Shown: positions 1-10,600, counted from the first letter of the stretch. The stretch is DNA of 64,000 nucleotides from Planctomycetota bacterium (GCA_965223265.1 OZ244999.1:6976001-7040000), one strand, 5' to 3'. A program made the numbers and translations. Notes: generated by a model from the sequence alone, not told the origin.

Positions 1-222
1 ACGCTCACGCTCACACAGGACCGGACGGCACACGGGAGTGTGCCTGCTACTTTCAGCCCACGCCCACGCCCACGCCCACGCACACGCTCACGCTCACGCT
101 CACGCTCACGCTCACGCAATCGCACACGCACACGCACACGCACACGCTCACGCACACGCACACGCACACGCACACGCAATCGCAATCGCAATCGCAATCG
201 CAATCGCAATCGTTCACGCCCA
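1..222. repeat. GTAG-type REP-like hairpin followed by a degenerate hexamer array (CGCCCA/CGCACA/CGCTCA/CGCAAT); cut by the window start
   Basis: GGCACAC-GGGA-GTGTGCC hairpin at 27-44 followed by TGCTAC (GTAGCA on the minus strand), then about 25 tandem CGCnnn hexamers. Confidence 0.9.
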
Positions 223-294
223 CTGGCGCAGCCTCATCGGAAACGCAAGGGATTGCGCCCGCCGCGAGCGCAGCGGGCGCATGGGCTCGCACGC

Positions 295-618
295 TCAGCG
301 AGTCAACCCGCGAAGAAGCGCGAGAAGACGATCAAGCGTCTCAAGAGGCGTCGTGACGTCATCGCCTCTCAGATCGCCCCAGGCCAGAGCCAGTCGTAGC
401 GCGGTCTCGACCTCGCGCGCACTGCCGCGCGCGACGCGAAAGAGGTGCTGGCGATCTTTCCCAGCGCGCTCGGCGCCTTCCGAGAGGTTGAGCGCCACCG
501 AAGAAGCAGCGCGCCGAAGCTGCCGATGCAGATCGGGATCGAGCCGCCGAAGCCGCGCCAAAGGAATTCGCAAATCGCCAATCAAAGCGAGACTGACATC
601 GACAGCGATGAAACGCAT
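295..618 (-). CDS. Four-helix-bundle protein (23S rRNA intervening-sequence protein / Avd-like family), 107 aa
   Basis: Motifs QLRRAASSVALNLSEG and ARGSAREV; ATG at 618 with GGAGG RBS upstream; the longer ORF in the track runs through repeats. Confidence 0.88.
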   Translation of the reverse strand: MRFIAVDVSLALIGDLRIPLARLRRLDPDLHRQLRRAASSVALNLSEGAERAGKDRQHLFRVARGSAREVETALRLALAWGDLRGDDVTTPLETLDRLLALLRGLTR

Positions 619-686
619 GTGAAGCCTCCGCAGAAAAGGTGAGTCGAAAGCCCGCCACGTCCGAGCGGCGGTACTGCACCCCCCAA

Positions 687-762
687 CGCGGAGCGGAGGG
701 GCAGTCAAGGGCGCGAAGCGCCGAGCGCAGCGAGGGCACCCTTGACTGCCCCGAGCACCGCG
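687..762. other. Strong hairpin upstream of the four-helix-bundle gene
   Basis: GGGGCAGTCAAGGG (698-711) and CCCTTGACTGCCCC (739-752) form a perfect 14-bp inverted repeat, extended by CGCGG/CCGCG. Confidence 0.75.
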
Positions 763-802
763 TACACTCGACAATGACCGCCGCCGTACGGTAACCCCTG
801 CT

Positions 803-1032
803 ACAGATTCAGAGACAGAGGCAGCATCAGAAGCAGATACCGATCCAGAGACGGAGACGGGCTGCACTCGCCCACGCCCACGCACACGCAATCGCACACG
901 CACACGCAATCGCACACGCACACGCTCACACAAGACCGGACGGCACACGGGAGTGTGCCTGCTACTTTCAGCCCACGCCCACGCCACGCACACGCACACG
1001 CAATCGCAAGCGCACTCGCAATCGCAATCGCC
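803..1032. repeat. CAGAnn hexamer tract + CGCnnn hexamer array + second REP-like copy
   Basis: 921-985 matches 6-70 with one mismatch; flanked by hexamer runs. Confidence 0.9.
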
Positions 1033-1118
1033 CCTCCCACTCCCGCAGCGGGAGGCGGGTCGGGTCGAGAACGACGTTCGCCCCCCGATTCTCTTCTCCG
1101 CTAGAGCGAGATGCCGCG

Positions 1119-1457
1119 TCAAAAAACGTCCGGGGGCAGATCCGGAAAACTGATCCCGTCGCGGGGCTGATAGGATCCCGAGTGAAAGGATTCAAAGAGT
1201 GCCTTCGTCAGCGGATGAACCACCTGCTCGCCACCGTCGTCCGGTTCAAGGTTCTCTTCAGCCACATAGGTGGTGTGCTGCCCACCGTGAACCAGTACGT
1301 GATACCACGGTTGCTGCCGTGCCGGCTGCGTGTTGTTGCGGTAATACCACTCGTCCGGGGCTTTACACTTTTCATCGCATCCGGCGACGACGCCGCGATA
1401 GCTGTACCGCTTGTGGTGGACCAGTTCGCCAACTTGAAACTTGGCTGGATCGACCAT
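1119..1457 (-). CDS. hspQ: Heat shock protein HspQ / YccV-like hemimethylated-DNA-binding domain
   Basis: AKFQVGELVHHKRYSYRGVV, QPWYHVLV and TYVAEENL motifs. Confidence 0.85.
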   Translation of the reverse strand: MVDPAKFQVGELVHHKRYSYRGVVAGCDEKCKAPDEWYYRNNTQPARQQPWYHVLVHGGQHTTYVAEENLEPDDGGEQVVHPLTKALFESFHSGSYQPRDGISFPDLPPDVF

Positions 1458-1750
1458 GAAACTCCAGGACTCCTCATACCTTCAACTGGCCAGCTCGGCG
1501 AGCACGGCCATCTGCGCGCAGCCGGCACATCTATGAAACTTCACAGCCGTGGTGTTGGCAAGCGATGACGCTCGCCCAGAAGCGCCTCAGCCGTGTGATA
1601 CACGGCTCTTCTGGGCAGCGAGACGACAACAGTCTCGACGCTAACCCTTGACGATCGCAGCGCAATCGGCAAACTCAAGTCGGCAGGGTGCACTTGCAAT
1701 CTTCGAGGTACAGAGTGAAGAGATCCCTGGAGACATCAACGGGAGCTGCG

Positions 1751-3607
1751 ATGAGGAGCTCGGTGAAGAGTTCGCCGATGAGATCGAAACGCCGTTGGAA
1801 ACCATGGATCGTTCTCCTGACGTCCATCTCCGCCGTGGCATGGGTCGCCGCAGCTCCATCGCAGAAGCAACTGGATGCAGCGGGTCAGGACGCACGCGAC
1901 GACGCGCTCACTGAGCCGCGGACCGCAGAGCGGTTCCGAGAACTGGACGCCGACGGGAACGGCCGGTTGACAGCAGACGAAGTCGACCCGGCCCTTTGGA
2001 ACGCACTGCTGACGGATAACGGCATCGCCGGCGACCAAGCCGTGGACGCCCAGATCGCCCTGGCGCAGTTTGAGTCACCGCCGCCGCCCCCGAAGCCCAG
2101 ATATGGTATCTGGTCGCTGGCGCCCGCAGTGCTCGCACTCGTGCTCGCCTATGCGACTAAGAACGTGCTTTTCGCCCTTTTCCTCGCCATCATCTCGGCT
2201 TCGGTGATCGTGTTTTCACACTCCGGCAATTGGGCGGACCTCAACTTTCTTGAACTCTTTCTGAAGCCATCGCTCGGCACGCCGAAGTACGCAACGATTC
2301 TGCTGGTCTATCTCTGGTTTCTCGGTGGCCTGCTCGGCATCTGGACAAAAACCGGGGGAGCACGGCTTTTCGCTGAGAGGATCGGTAGTGTTTTCGCTCG
2401 CGGCCCGCGAGGCTCGAAGCTCTTCGCTTGGGTTGTCGGGTGCATCTTCCATCAAGGCGGCACAGTCAGCACTGTTCTCGCCGGAACGACGGTGAAGCCG
2501 GTCGCCGACAAGCACCGCGTCAGCCATGAAGAGCTTTCCTACCTCGTCGACTCGACCGCTTCGCCGGTTGCGACGATCCTGCCGTTCAACGCCTGGCCTG
2601 TATATATCAGTGGCCTCGTCGCCGGTGTGGCCGTGGGCGCCGAGAGCTTCGTTCTGATCCCGAATGAGATCAGCGGCGTGCGGTGGTTCCTCGAGTCAAT
2701 CCCGTACAACTTCTATGGCATGTTTGCGGTCCTGTCGACGTTTCTCTTCAGTATCGACCTCTTGCCGTGGACTGGCCGCAAGATGCGCCGCGCCATCGAG
2801 AGAGCGCGCACGACAGGAGAGCTCGACGCGCCCGATGCCGTGCCTCTGCTCGCTGCAGAACCTGAGACAGCGGACTCGAAGCCACAGTACCGTGCCGGTC
2901 TTGAGGATTTCTTCGTGCCTTTGGGCATCCTTCTCGCCGTCGCCATGATACCGTTCTTCGTTCGCGAGGATCAGAAGCTGTTCATCGGTGAAGCGTTTCT
3001 CTGCTCGACGGTGAGCGCCATGGTGTTAGCCAGAATCAAAGGGATGCAGCTGCGCGTTGTCGTCGAGGCTTTTCTGGACGGCTGTAAGAGCATGACGCTC
3101 GGTGCTATCATCCTCGGGCTGGCGCTGACGCTCGGAAATGTCGCCAAGGAACTCGACACCGCAGGGTATGTGATCCAGTTGATCGGCGGCGTCGTGCCAG
3201 CGTGGCTGCTGCCAGCAGCACTCACCTCGGTGTGCATGGTGATCTCATTTTCGATCGGGTCGTCGTTTGGCACCTACGCCGTCATCTTTCCCATCGCGGT
3301 GCCGCTGGCTCTGCAGGTAGCGATTGCCGCTCAAGGGCTCAACGCTGAGCCGATCAGTGGACTCGCGGCCGCACACCCTGAGCAGTGGGGCGCAATTCTC
3401 TTTTACGTTCACGTCTGTTTCGGAGCCGTCATGGGCGGAGCCGTGTTCGGCGACCAATGCTCGCCGATTTCCGACACGACCATCCTCTCGAGCATGTTCA
3501 CAGGTTGCGATGTAATGGATCACGTCACAACCCAGCTTCCGCTCGCTCTTGCGGCGGCTGGTCTCGGAGCGATCTGCTCGACACTTCTCGCGTTGTTCTT
3601 CTTCTGA
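1751..3607 (+). CDS. Na+/H+ antiporter NhaC-family transporter with N-terminal EF-hand-like loop
   Basis: Many TM helices; SYLVDSTASP, GSSFGT and GAVFGDQCSPISDTTILSS motifs; DADGNGRLTADE loop; start could be 1778. Confidence 0.85.
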   Translation: MRSSVKSSPMRSKRRWKPWIVLLTSISAVAWVAAAPSQKQLDAAGQDARDDALTEPRTAERFRELDADGNGRLTADEVDPALWNALLTDNGIAGDQAVDAQIALAQFESPPPPPKPRYGIWSLAPAVLALVLAYATKNVLFALFLAIISASVIVFSHSGNWADLNFLELFLKPSLGTPKYATILLVYLWFLGGLLGIWTKTGGARLFAERIGSVFARGPRGSKLFAWVVGCIFHQGGTVSTVLAGTTVKPVADKHRVSHEELSYLVDSTASPVATILPFNAWPVYISGLVAGVAVGAESFVLIPNEISGVRWFLESIPYNFYGMFAVLSTFLFSIDLLPWTGRKMRRAIERARTTGELDAPDAVPLLAAEPETADSKPQYRAGLEDFFVPLGILLAVAMIPFFVREDQKLFIGEAFLCSTVSAMVLARIKGMQLRVVVEAFLDGCKSMTLGAIILGLALTLGNVAKELDTAGYVIQLIGGVVPAWLLPAALTSVCMVISFSIGSSFGTYAVIFPIAVPLALQVAIAAQGLNAEPISGLAAAHPEQWGAILFYVHVCFGAVMGGAVFGDQCSPISDTTILSSMFTGCDVMDHVTTQLPLALAAAGLGAICSTLLALFFF

Positions 3608-3665
3608 CAGATTCAGATACGGATGACTGAGCCAGATGCAGATGCGGTTGACAGATCACATCTGC
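3606..3665. repeat. Degenerate CAGAT/CAGAnn hexamer tract between convergent genes
   Basis: CAGATTCAGATACGGATG...CCAGATGCAGATGCGG resembles 803-860. Confidence 0.45.
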
Positions 3666-3702
3666 TCCCCCCCAACGACTCAGATCTAGCGCAGTCTCGC
3701 CT

Positions 3703-4782
3703 TCAAAAATCCATGCGTTCGAGTTCTTCAATGTCGACCCGTCGAAGCGGGTGCGACTGCTCCATGCGGTCGAGTGACGCCCGATCTTTGAAGCCGCTTC
3801 CGGTCACTAGGCAGACCACTACTGACTTGGGGTCGAGCCGACCGGTTGCCTTCGCCTTGAGCGCGCCCGCAAAAGCGACGGCCCCCGCGGGCTCAGTCAA
3901 GATCCCTGCAACTTCCGCCAGTTGACGCTGAGCCTCGTACACCTCGGGGTCGGAGACCAGGTGGCCGGTCCCACCGCAGGCACGACACGCTTGCAGCGCC
4001 GCGTCGCCGTCGATCACGTTGGCCACCTGCAGCCCGCTTACCTTCGTCGTGCACTCGACCGCCACAGCACGGTCACGGCCATCGCGAAGGGGAGCTGCGA
4101 TCGTGGCATTGCCGTCGGGCTGAACGCACTCGATCGTCGGCCTCCTGACCAGTCCCTCGCGGTTCGACACCACTTGAAACCCACGCGCACACGCGAGCGT
4201 CAGCCCCCCGCCACCGGCCGGTACGAACACGTGGTCGATCGTCGGCAGCTGCGTTGCCAGTTCATAACTGATCGTTTGCACTCCGCTCATGGCGTCAGCG
4301 CAGTAGGCAAACGCGCTGACGAGAAAATCTACGTCCGGCCGCTCACCCCAGTGCCCAAGCCGTCGCAGGACGCGGCTAGTGACGCGCGAATCAAACCCGA
4401 AACCTTCAACACTGACGAGCTCCGCCCCGTAGCACTGGATCTGTTGGAGCTTCCCTGCGGGCACACCGTCGATCACCACGACACGGCACGAAATACCGGC
4501 AGCGGCACAGTAGGCAGCGATCGCAGCGCCCGCATTGCCGCTCGAGCAGGTCACACAACGGCGCTTTCCATGTGCCTTGAGAAGCGAGATCGCGACGGCC
4601 GCGAATCGATCCTTGTAGGACCCGGTTGGCAACCCGCTTTCTACCTTGAAAAAAAGATTCTCCAGCCCACATTTCTCCCCCAGCCGCGACGCGTGGACGA
4701 GCGGCGTCTCGTTCTCTCCGATCGAGATTCGAGACTCGGGCGGCACGGTGGCAATCCAATCGCTCCAGCGCCAAAGGCTCAT
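3703..4782 (-). CDS. Threonine synthase-like PLP-dependent enzyme (fold type II)
   Basis: GENETPL, PTGSYKDR (PLP lysine), SSGNAG, VPAGGGG and TGSGFK; ATGA overlap with the upstream SDR. Confidence 0.85.
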   Translation of the reverse strand: MSLWRWSDWIATVPPESRISIGENETPLVHASRLGEKCGLENLFFKVESGLPTGSYKDRFAAVAISLLKAHGKRRCVTCSSGNAGAAIAAYCAAAGISCRVVVIDGVPAGKLQQIQCYGAELVSVEGFGFDSRVTSRVLRRLGHWGERPDVDFLVSAFAYCADAMSGVQTISYELATQLPTIDHVFVPAGGGGLTLACARGFQVVSNREGLVRRPTIECVQPDGNATIAAPLRDGRDRAVAVECTTKVSGLQVANVIDGDAALQACRACGGTGHLVSDPEVYEAQRQLAEVAGILTEPAGAVAFAGALKAKATGRLDPKSVVVCLVTGSGFKDRASLDRMEQSHPLRRVDIEELERMDF

Positions 4783-5591
4783 TCGAACTCGTCCGGATGC
4801 ATCATATGCTTGGCGCTGTGTGGAGTGCAGTGATGGTGCCACCCGCCATCGACGACGAGTGTTGTGCCATTGACGTACGAGGCGTCGTCGCTCGCAAGCA
4901 CGGCGATGGTGCGAGCAATCTCTTCGGCCGATCCCCAGCGACGCATCGAGATGATGTCTTCAGACGTCGCACGCAGACTTCGAGTCAGCGACTCTCCTTC
5001 TTCGGTTGTATAGTCACGGCTGAGCTCGGTATCGATCGCACCCGGGTTAACCGCGATCGATCGAATCCCTTTCGAGCCATAGAGCGCGGCCAATTCGAAC
5101 GTCAGGGCGTTCATCCCGCCCTTCGCGGCGACATAGGCGGGGCTCAATCCTGCAGCCAGGAACGCCTGCACGCTCGAAACGTTGATAATGACGCCGCGAC
5201 GGCGCGATTCCATGTACTCGGCAGCCCATCGTGCCAAGAAGGCCGGCGCCGTGAGGGCGATGCGGAGAGTCCGCTCCCAAGACTCGATCGTGATCTTGCG
5301 CAGTGTCACGAGTTCACGCCACACGGCGTTGTTAACCAACACGTCCAAACGCCCGAAGTCGCGGACAGAGTCTTTGAGAGCACTCTCCGCGAAGTCCAGA
5401 GAGCCGAGGTCTCCGGCTTTGAGGATGGCTCGCACGCCGTGCTGTTCGACGCGACGACCGGTCTCCCGAAGATCGCCTTCGAGAATATCGAGCAGGATCA
5501 TGTCGTGGCCGCGGCGGGCGAACTCGATGGCCGTTGCGCGGCCGATGCCACGAGCGGCACCAGTGACCAAGGCGACAGGCTTCGCGTTCAT
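4779..5591 (-). CDS. Short-chain dehydrogenase/reductase (SDR)
   Basis: TGAARGIG, NNA, YxxxK (YVAAK), PGAIDT and VDGG. Confidence 0.92.
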   Translation of the reverse strand: MNAKPVALVTGAARGIGRATAIEFARRGHDMILLDILEGDLRETGRRVEQHGVRAILKAGDLGSLDFAESALKDSVRDFGRLDVLVNNAVWRELVTLRKITIESWERTLRIALTAPAFLARWAAEYMESRRRGVIINVSSVQAFLAAGLSPAYVAAKGGMNALTFELAALYGSKGIRSIAVNPGAIDTELSRDYTTEEGESLTRSLRATSEDIISMRRWGSAEEIARTIAVLASDDASYVNGTTLVVDGGWHHHCTPHSAKHMMHPDEFE

Positions 5592-6013
5592 GGAGTCAGT
5601 CTCTCGCACCTCCAGCAAAGTCGGTTCAAACGGTGTCCCCTGTCAGAGAAACTGCAGAGTTACCGGAATGGCAAGTGTTTTCGCCGCGTCCTTTCGTCGA
5701 GAACCGACCTCGCAGCGAGCATCGGTCACGGCGTTTCGTACGAGAAGGACTCTTCGGCCACGGCAGACCCCGCCGTGGCGTCTTGTGGAAGAGCCCGTCA
5801 GGGCCGGACGATCGCGGCCGCAGCGTGAGCCGTTCGGACGCTCGCGGCTAGGCTACTCGGCCTGGGCAGCACCTTTCACGCACGCACGTTATCGGCAATT
5901 GTTCGGTGGGACTATAGTTCAAATGGACTAACAGCCGATAGCCAAGTTGTTCACACGTACTCGGCGGGGTGCGTCGATCGCTCATCTCCTATTCACAAGG
6001 ATTCGCTCCGCAG

Positions 6014-7360
6014 ATGTCTCGCTTCGGCCAACTGCTACAGCGGCACTGGGCTCTGGTCGCCGCTCTCTCGCTCACAGGACTTGCGATCACCGCAGCGGGG
6101 TCCCATCTCGTTCTGGCGTCGGTGTCCGCCGCCCTCGTGTGGTTGGGCTACTATTCCATCGAGTTTCACAAAGAACGAATGAAGGAAGTCGAACTTGAGA
6201 CTAAGCGCAAGAGCTCGTACTTCGTCGCCAATCTGGCACACGAAATCCGCACACCCATGACCGCGCTACTAGGCGCAGCGGAGCTCCTACAAGGAGACAT
6301 CGAAGGAAATTCCGAAGCAGAAGAAGATCTTTCGATCATTTTTCAAAGCGGTGAACACATTCTGGCCATGGTCAACGACATCCTCGACATGTCAAAGATC
6401 GAAGCCGGAGAGATGGTCATCGAAAAGGTCTCCTGCTGCCCGATCAAGATCATCCGCGAAGTGATCGCGATCCTTGGCCCGGAAGCGCAACGCAAAGGGT
6501 TGTCGTTGCAAGAGCGCTACTCCGATCAAATCCCGGAAACGATCTCCTCCGATCCGGTCCGACTGCGGCAGTTGCTTCTGAATTTGGTCGGTAATGCGAT
6601 CAAGTTCACGAAGAACGGATCGATCCAGGTATACCTCGAAGCACGCACCTCCGGCGGTTCGACAGTCGAGCTGACGATTCGTGTCACAGACACCGGGATT
6701 GGCATTCCTCACGACAAACTCGAGTCGATCTTCTTGCCGTTCCATCAGGTAGGTCCATTGACTCATGACGTACAGATGGGCACAGGATTGGGTCTGCCCA
6801 TCTGCCGGCGGCTCGCCTCGCTTCTCGGTGGTGAATTGACAGTCGAGAGTCAACTGGGGCGAGGAAGCACCTTCACGCTCGCATTCTCCGATGATCTACC
6901 GGACGGTGCATCGCTCGTGTCGGCACCGAACCGCACGTGGAAACGATTCGATCAACCTCGCAAGTCCCTCGTCCTTCAAAAGATCGAAGCAAAAATCCTC
7001 GTAGCCGCGACCGCTCCGGAAAGTCAGCGCCTGTTGAGCTCCTTTCTGGCGCGCCTCGGTGCCGATGTCGTGGTTGCGACCGACGGCGCCGACGCCGTCG
7101 AGCAATGTCTCTCGCAGGATTTTGACGTTGTGCTGATGGAGCTGACCCTCCCGGTGCTCGATGGCTTCGATGCCATGAAGGCGATCCGCGCCAGAGGCCG
7201 TGAAGTCCCAGCAATCGCACTGACAGCAGAAGAGAACGCTCCGGACGCTGGTACCGGCTTCACGGATCACCTAGCTAAGCCGTTCGGGCCAGAGGAACTG
7301 GTCGCACGGATTCGATCGGCGCTCAAGCAGCCGGTGACTTCCGAGACCGAGCACGCCTGA
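6014..7360 (+). CDS. Hybrid sensor histidine kinase with atypical receiver domain
   Basis: N-terminal TM helices, H-box AHEIRTPM, N-box NLVGNAIKFT, DTGIG, GTGLGL and a C-terminal REC-like domain. Confidence 0.9.
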   Translation: MSRFGQLLQRHWALVAALSLTGLAITAAGSHLVLASVSAALVWLGYYSIEFHKERMKEVELETKRKSSYFVANLAHEIRTPMTALLGAAELLQGDIEGNSEAEEDLSIIFQSGEHILAMVNDILDMSKIEAGEMVIEKVSCCPIKIIREVIAILGPEAQRKGLSLQERYSDQIPETISSDPVRLRQLLLNLVGNAIKFTKNGSIQVYLEARTSGGSTVELTIRVTDTGIGIPHDKLESIFLPFHQVGPLTHDVQMGTGLGLPICRRLASLLGGELTVESQLGRGSTFTLAFSDDLPDGASLVSAPNRTWKRFDQPRKSLVLQKIEAKILVAATAPESQRLLSSFLARLGADVVVATDGADAVEQCLSQDFDVVLMELTLPVLDGFDAMKAIRARGREVPAIALTAEENAPDAGTGFTDHLAKPFGPEELVARIRSALKQPVTSETEHA

Positions 7361-7529
7361 AAAAGTGCTTCGAGCTGAAAACTGGTCGCTTCGCGTCCAG
7401 GTCGGCCGGCGAACGCAGGTAAATCTCCGATCCCTCTTCCATAGGATATACACGGCGAGGCTCGCCGCGGCTGATCTGGGCTTGAAGAGGCCGGTCTCTC
7501 AGCCGAATGACTTTTTCAGTCGGCTGCCA
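7353..7529. mobile_element. Fold-back MITE copy 1 (left end degenerate)
   Basis: GCCTGAAAAAGTGCTTCGAG...GAATGACTTTTTCAGTCGGCTG; homologous to the copies at 12647, 27334 and 47474. Confidence 0.8.
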
Positions 7530-7671
7530 ACCTCCCCCTTCACCGAACGTGCTCCGACTGGGGGAGGCCCCCACGATTGCAAAGGCTACGGGGAAGGGTG
7601 AGAATCGCATAGCGGTCGACGCTCGTATGACGTCGGCGACGGACTTGTGCTGCGTGCCTCAGAGTCCTCAT

Positions 7672-10600
7672 ATGCGACAGAAATCTCTCTCGGTTCGCAT
7701 CTTCACGTTGCTGACCGTCGGTTCGAAGTTTCTCGGCGGCCTGTGCTTCGTTCTCGCAACTTGTCGCGTTGCCGTCGGCGGCGTCAGGATCACAGAAGTC
7801 TGCGCGGCGAACGCCGGTGATCATCGGGACATGGACGATGAAGCATCGGACTGGATCGAGCTATTCAACGACAGCGAACGACCCGCGAACCTCGAGGGTT
7901 GGTATCTGACCGACGACGCGAGCGATTTGAAGCGATGGAGATTGCCTGCGCTCCGCATGGCCCCGCATGGATTTCGCGTCGTGTTTTGCTCCGGCAAGGA
8001 TCGCGCCGCGGTCGACGGCGAGCTCCACACGAATTTCAAATTGTCGCAATCTGGAGAATTCCTGGGACTTGTCCGCCCGGATGGAGAGACGATCGAGACT
8101 CAATACGCCCCCCGATTCCCCGCTCAGTACGCGGGAGTCAGCTACGGCTTGGCGCAGAAATCACGATCGACTCGTTTGCTCGAACCAGACGCGAACGCCA
8201 GCGCCCTCGTTCCACTTGACGCTCACGTCGACGACAATTGGATCCGTAGAGATGAGGAAACGAACGAGACCAACGAGCCGTGGTTTCCGGTCAAGCTTGG
8301 AATCGGATTCCGTGCGTCAAGCGGTGCGACAGGCGTCGCCCATAGTCCTCGCACCGACATCGGCCAACGAATGCGCGGGCGAAGTACGAGCGTCTACCTT
8401 CGCATCCCTTTCGAAGTCGACCCGGCCTTGAACGTGAGCGTCCTGACACTTGAGATTCGCTTTCAAGGCGGATTCGTCGCCTATCTCAACGGTGAAGAGG
8501 TCGTACGTCACCACCTCTCGGGCGACGGCTGGAAGGCACGGGCTCGGTTTCATTTTCCTGGCGTTCGCACACGATCGTTCGAGCTAGCGTCGCATCGACA
8601 TCTGCTGCGAGCGGGGACTAACTGGCTCTCGGTTCACGCCGCCAGCTCCGACACGGAGGCGCGGTCGTTTCTCTTCGAGCCGCAGCTCCATGCGATCTCT
8701 GTTCGCAGCACGCTGAGCGGCGCGCACCGCTATTTCAACCAACCGACGCCAGGCAGCCCCAACGCTCGTGGGTTTCGCGGTGTCGCTCCGCGCCCGGCAG
8801 TCTCGATTGCGAGCGGTACTTACTCCCGGCGCTCTCTCACCGTTGAGCTCTCGAGTTCGCTGCCCAGAGCGCAGATCCGGTACACGACGGACGGCGCCGA
8901 ACCGACGGCGACGTCGCCGCTCTATTCGCGACCACTCCGAATCACAACGTCCACCGTCCTCAAGTCGAAGTGTTTCGCGCGGGGAAAGATCCCGAGCCCA
9001 ACGGCTATGCGCCACTATGTGCTCCTCCAACAAGAGACTTCTGACTTCAGCTCCAACCTCCCGGTGGTGATCGTCGAGACGTTCGGCCGCGGCATCGGTC
9101 CGGACTTCTACTCCCCCGCGTATCTCTCCATTCACACCGCCGCGCGCCACAGCGGGTCCGTCGACAAACCGAGACGTCGCTCTCGTGAAACACGAGGTCA
9201 GGCGGCACCAGCGGAACGAACTCGACTGGGGACGAAACCACACTTCGCAGGTCGCATCGGCATCAAGGTGCGAGGCTCAAGCACCGAGGGCAGAGAGAAA
9301 GCGTCGTACGCGTTCGAGACGTGGGACGTCCGGGGCGACGACGTCGCTGTGAGCCTTTTGGATTTGCCTGCGGACTCTGACTGGATCCTATACGGCCCGT
9401 ACAACTTTGACCGCACAATGATGCGAAACGCACTGATGTACGAGCTCAGCAATCGCCTCGGTCGGTACGCACCGCGCACACGCTTTATCGAAGTCTTCCT
9501 CAGTAAACAGGGCTCTCCGATCTCGGTGGAAGATCACTACGTTGGCGTCTACGTCTTGATCGAAAAGATCAAACCGGGACCAGACCGCGTCTCGATCGAT
9601 CCGGTAGACCGCCGCTCAGCCTCAGAACCTGAGCTCACGGGCGGCTACATGATGAAGATCGATCGCCGCGATCCCGGTGACTTCGGGTTCTACGCCGGCG
9701 GCCAGAACCTCAACTATGTTCATCCCAAAGAGGATGAAATCGCTCCCGTTCAAGCGGTCTGGATTCAGGACTACGTTAATCAGTTCGGGCGTGCGCTGGC
9801 ACGTACTCACGGCAGTCCGAGCGAGTCAAGTTATCGTGAGTTCGTCGAAGTCGACAGCTGTATAGATTTTCACATCCTCAACGAGTTCACAAAGAATCCC
9901 GACGGTTTCAAACTGAGCACCTACCTCTATAAGCCGCGTGGCGGCAAGCTCGTCATGGGGCCGATATGGGACTTCGACCGAACTATGGGACCGGACGAAG
10001 ACTATCGCGCAGCCGACCCGGTCGGTTGGTCTGACAATCGTCACTACGGTTGGTGGGCATACCTTCTGCGTGATCCAAGCTTTCGCGAGCAGTACCGCAA
10101 ACGATGGATTGCCATACGTCAGGACGTCTTCGCAGCAGAATCCATATTCGCGCTCATCGATGAGATGGAACGTGAACTTTCAGAAGCGCAAGAGCGCAAC
10201 TACTCTACTTGGTCGTTGTGGCTGGACAATGGGTATAGCGGTGAGGTGGCTCAACTCAAAGAGTGGATCGCTCACCGTCTTGAATGGATGGATTCGGAAC
10301 TCGTCGAATCGCCAAAGCTCGGGCACCACGGAGGTGTGGTCGATGGACCACTTACGCTGTCACTCGACAACCCAAACGGGGAAGGTAGCATTCTCTATAC
10401 GCTCAACGACGTTGACCCAAAGGACGCTCCCAACGCGCGAACGTACGGGGGAGCGTTTGTAATTGAGCGCAACGCTGCGATTCGGGCGCGCGTCCGGGCG
10501 GCTCCGGGCGTTTGGAGTGATGCGGTTGCGGCGTCCTTTCTCCTCGAAGTGCCGGCGATCGCCATCTCGGAGGTCATGTACCGTCCTCTCGCGGGGGACC

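Noticed and set aside
38-622. ORFs encoding AH, RS, RT or VC dipeptide repeats (also 953-1153 and 39630-40062)
   Set aside because: They are translations of hexamer DNA arrays, open in several frames on both strands, with no RBS support
1-1032. CRISPR array or complete diversity-generating retroelement
   Set aside because: No repeat-spacer periodicity or cas genes; no reverse transcriptase or adenine-specific TR/VR pair seen in the window
7507-7671. N-terminal extension of the CotH ORF (similarly 47540-47605)
   Set aside because: It begins inside the MITE end; the downstream ATG gives a more plausible N-terminus
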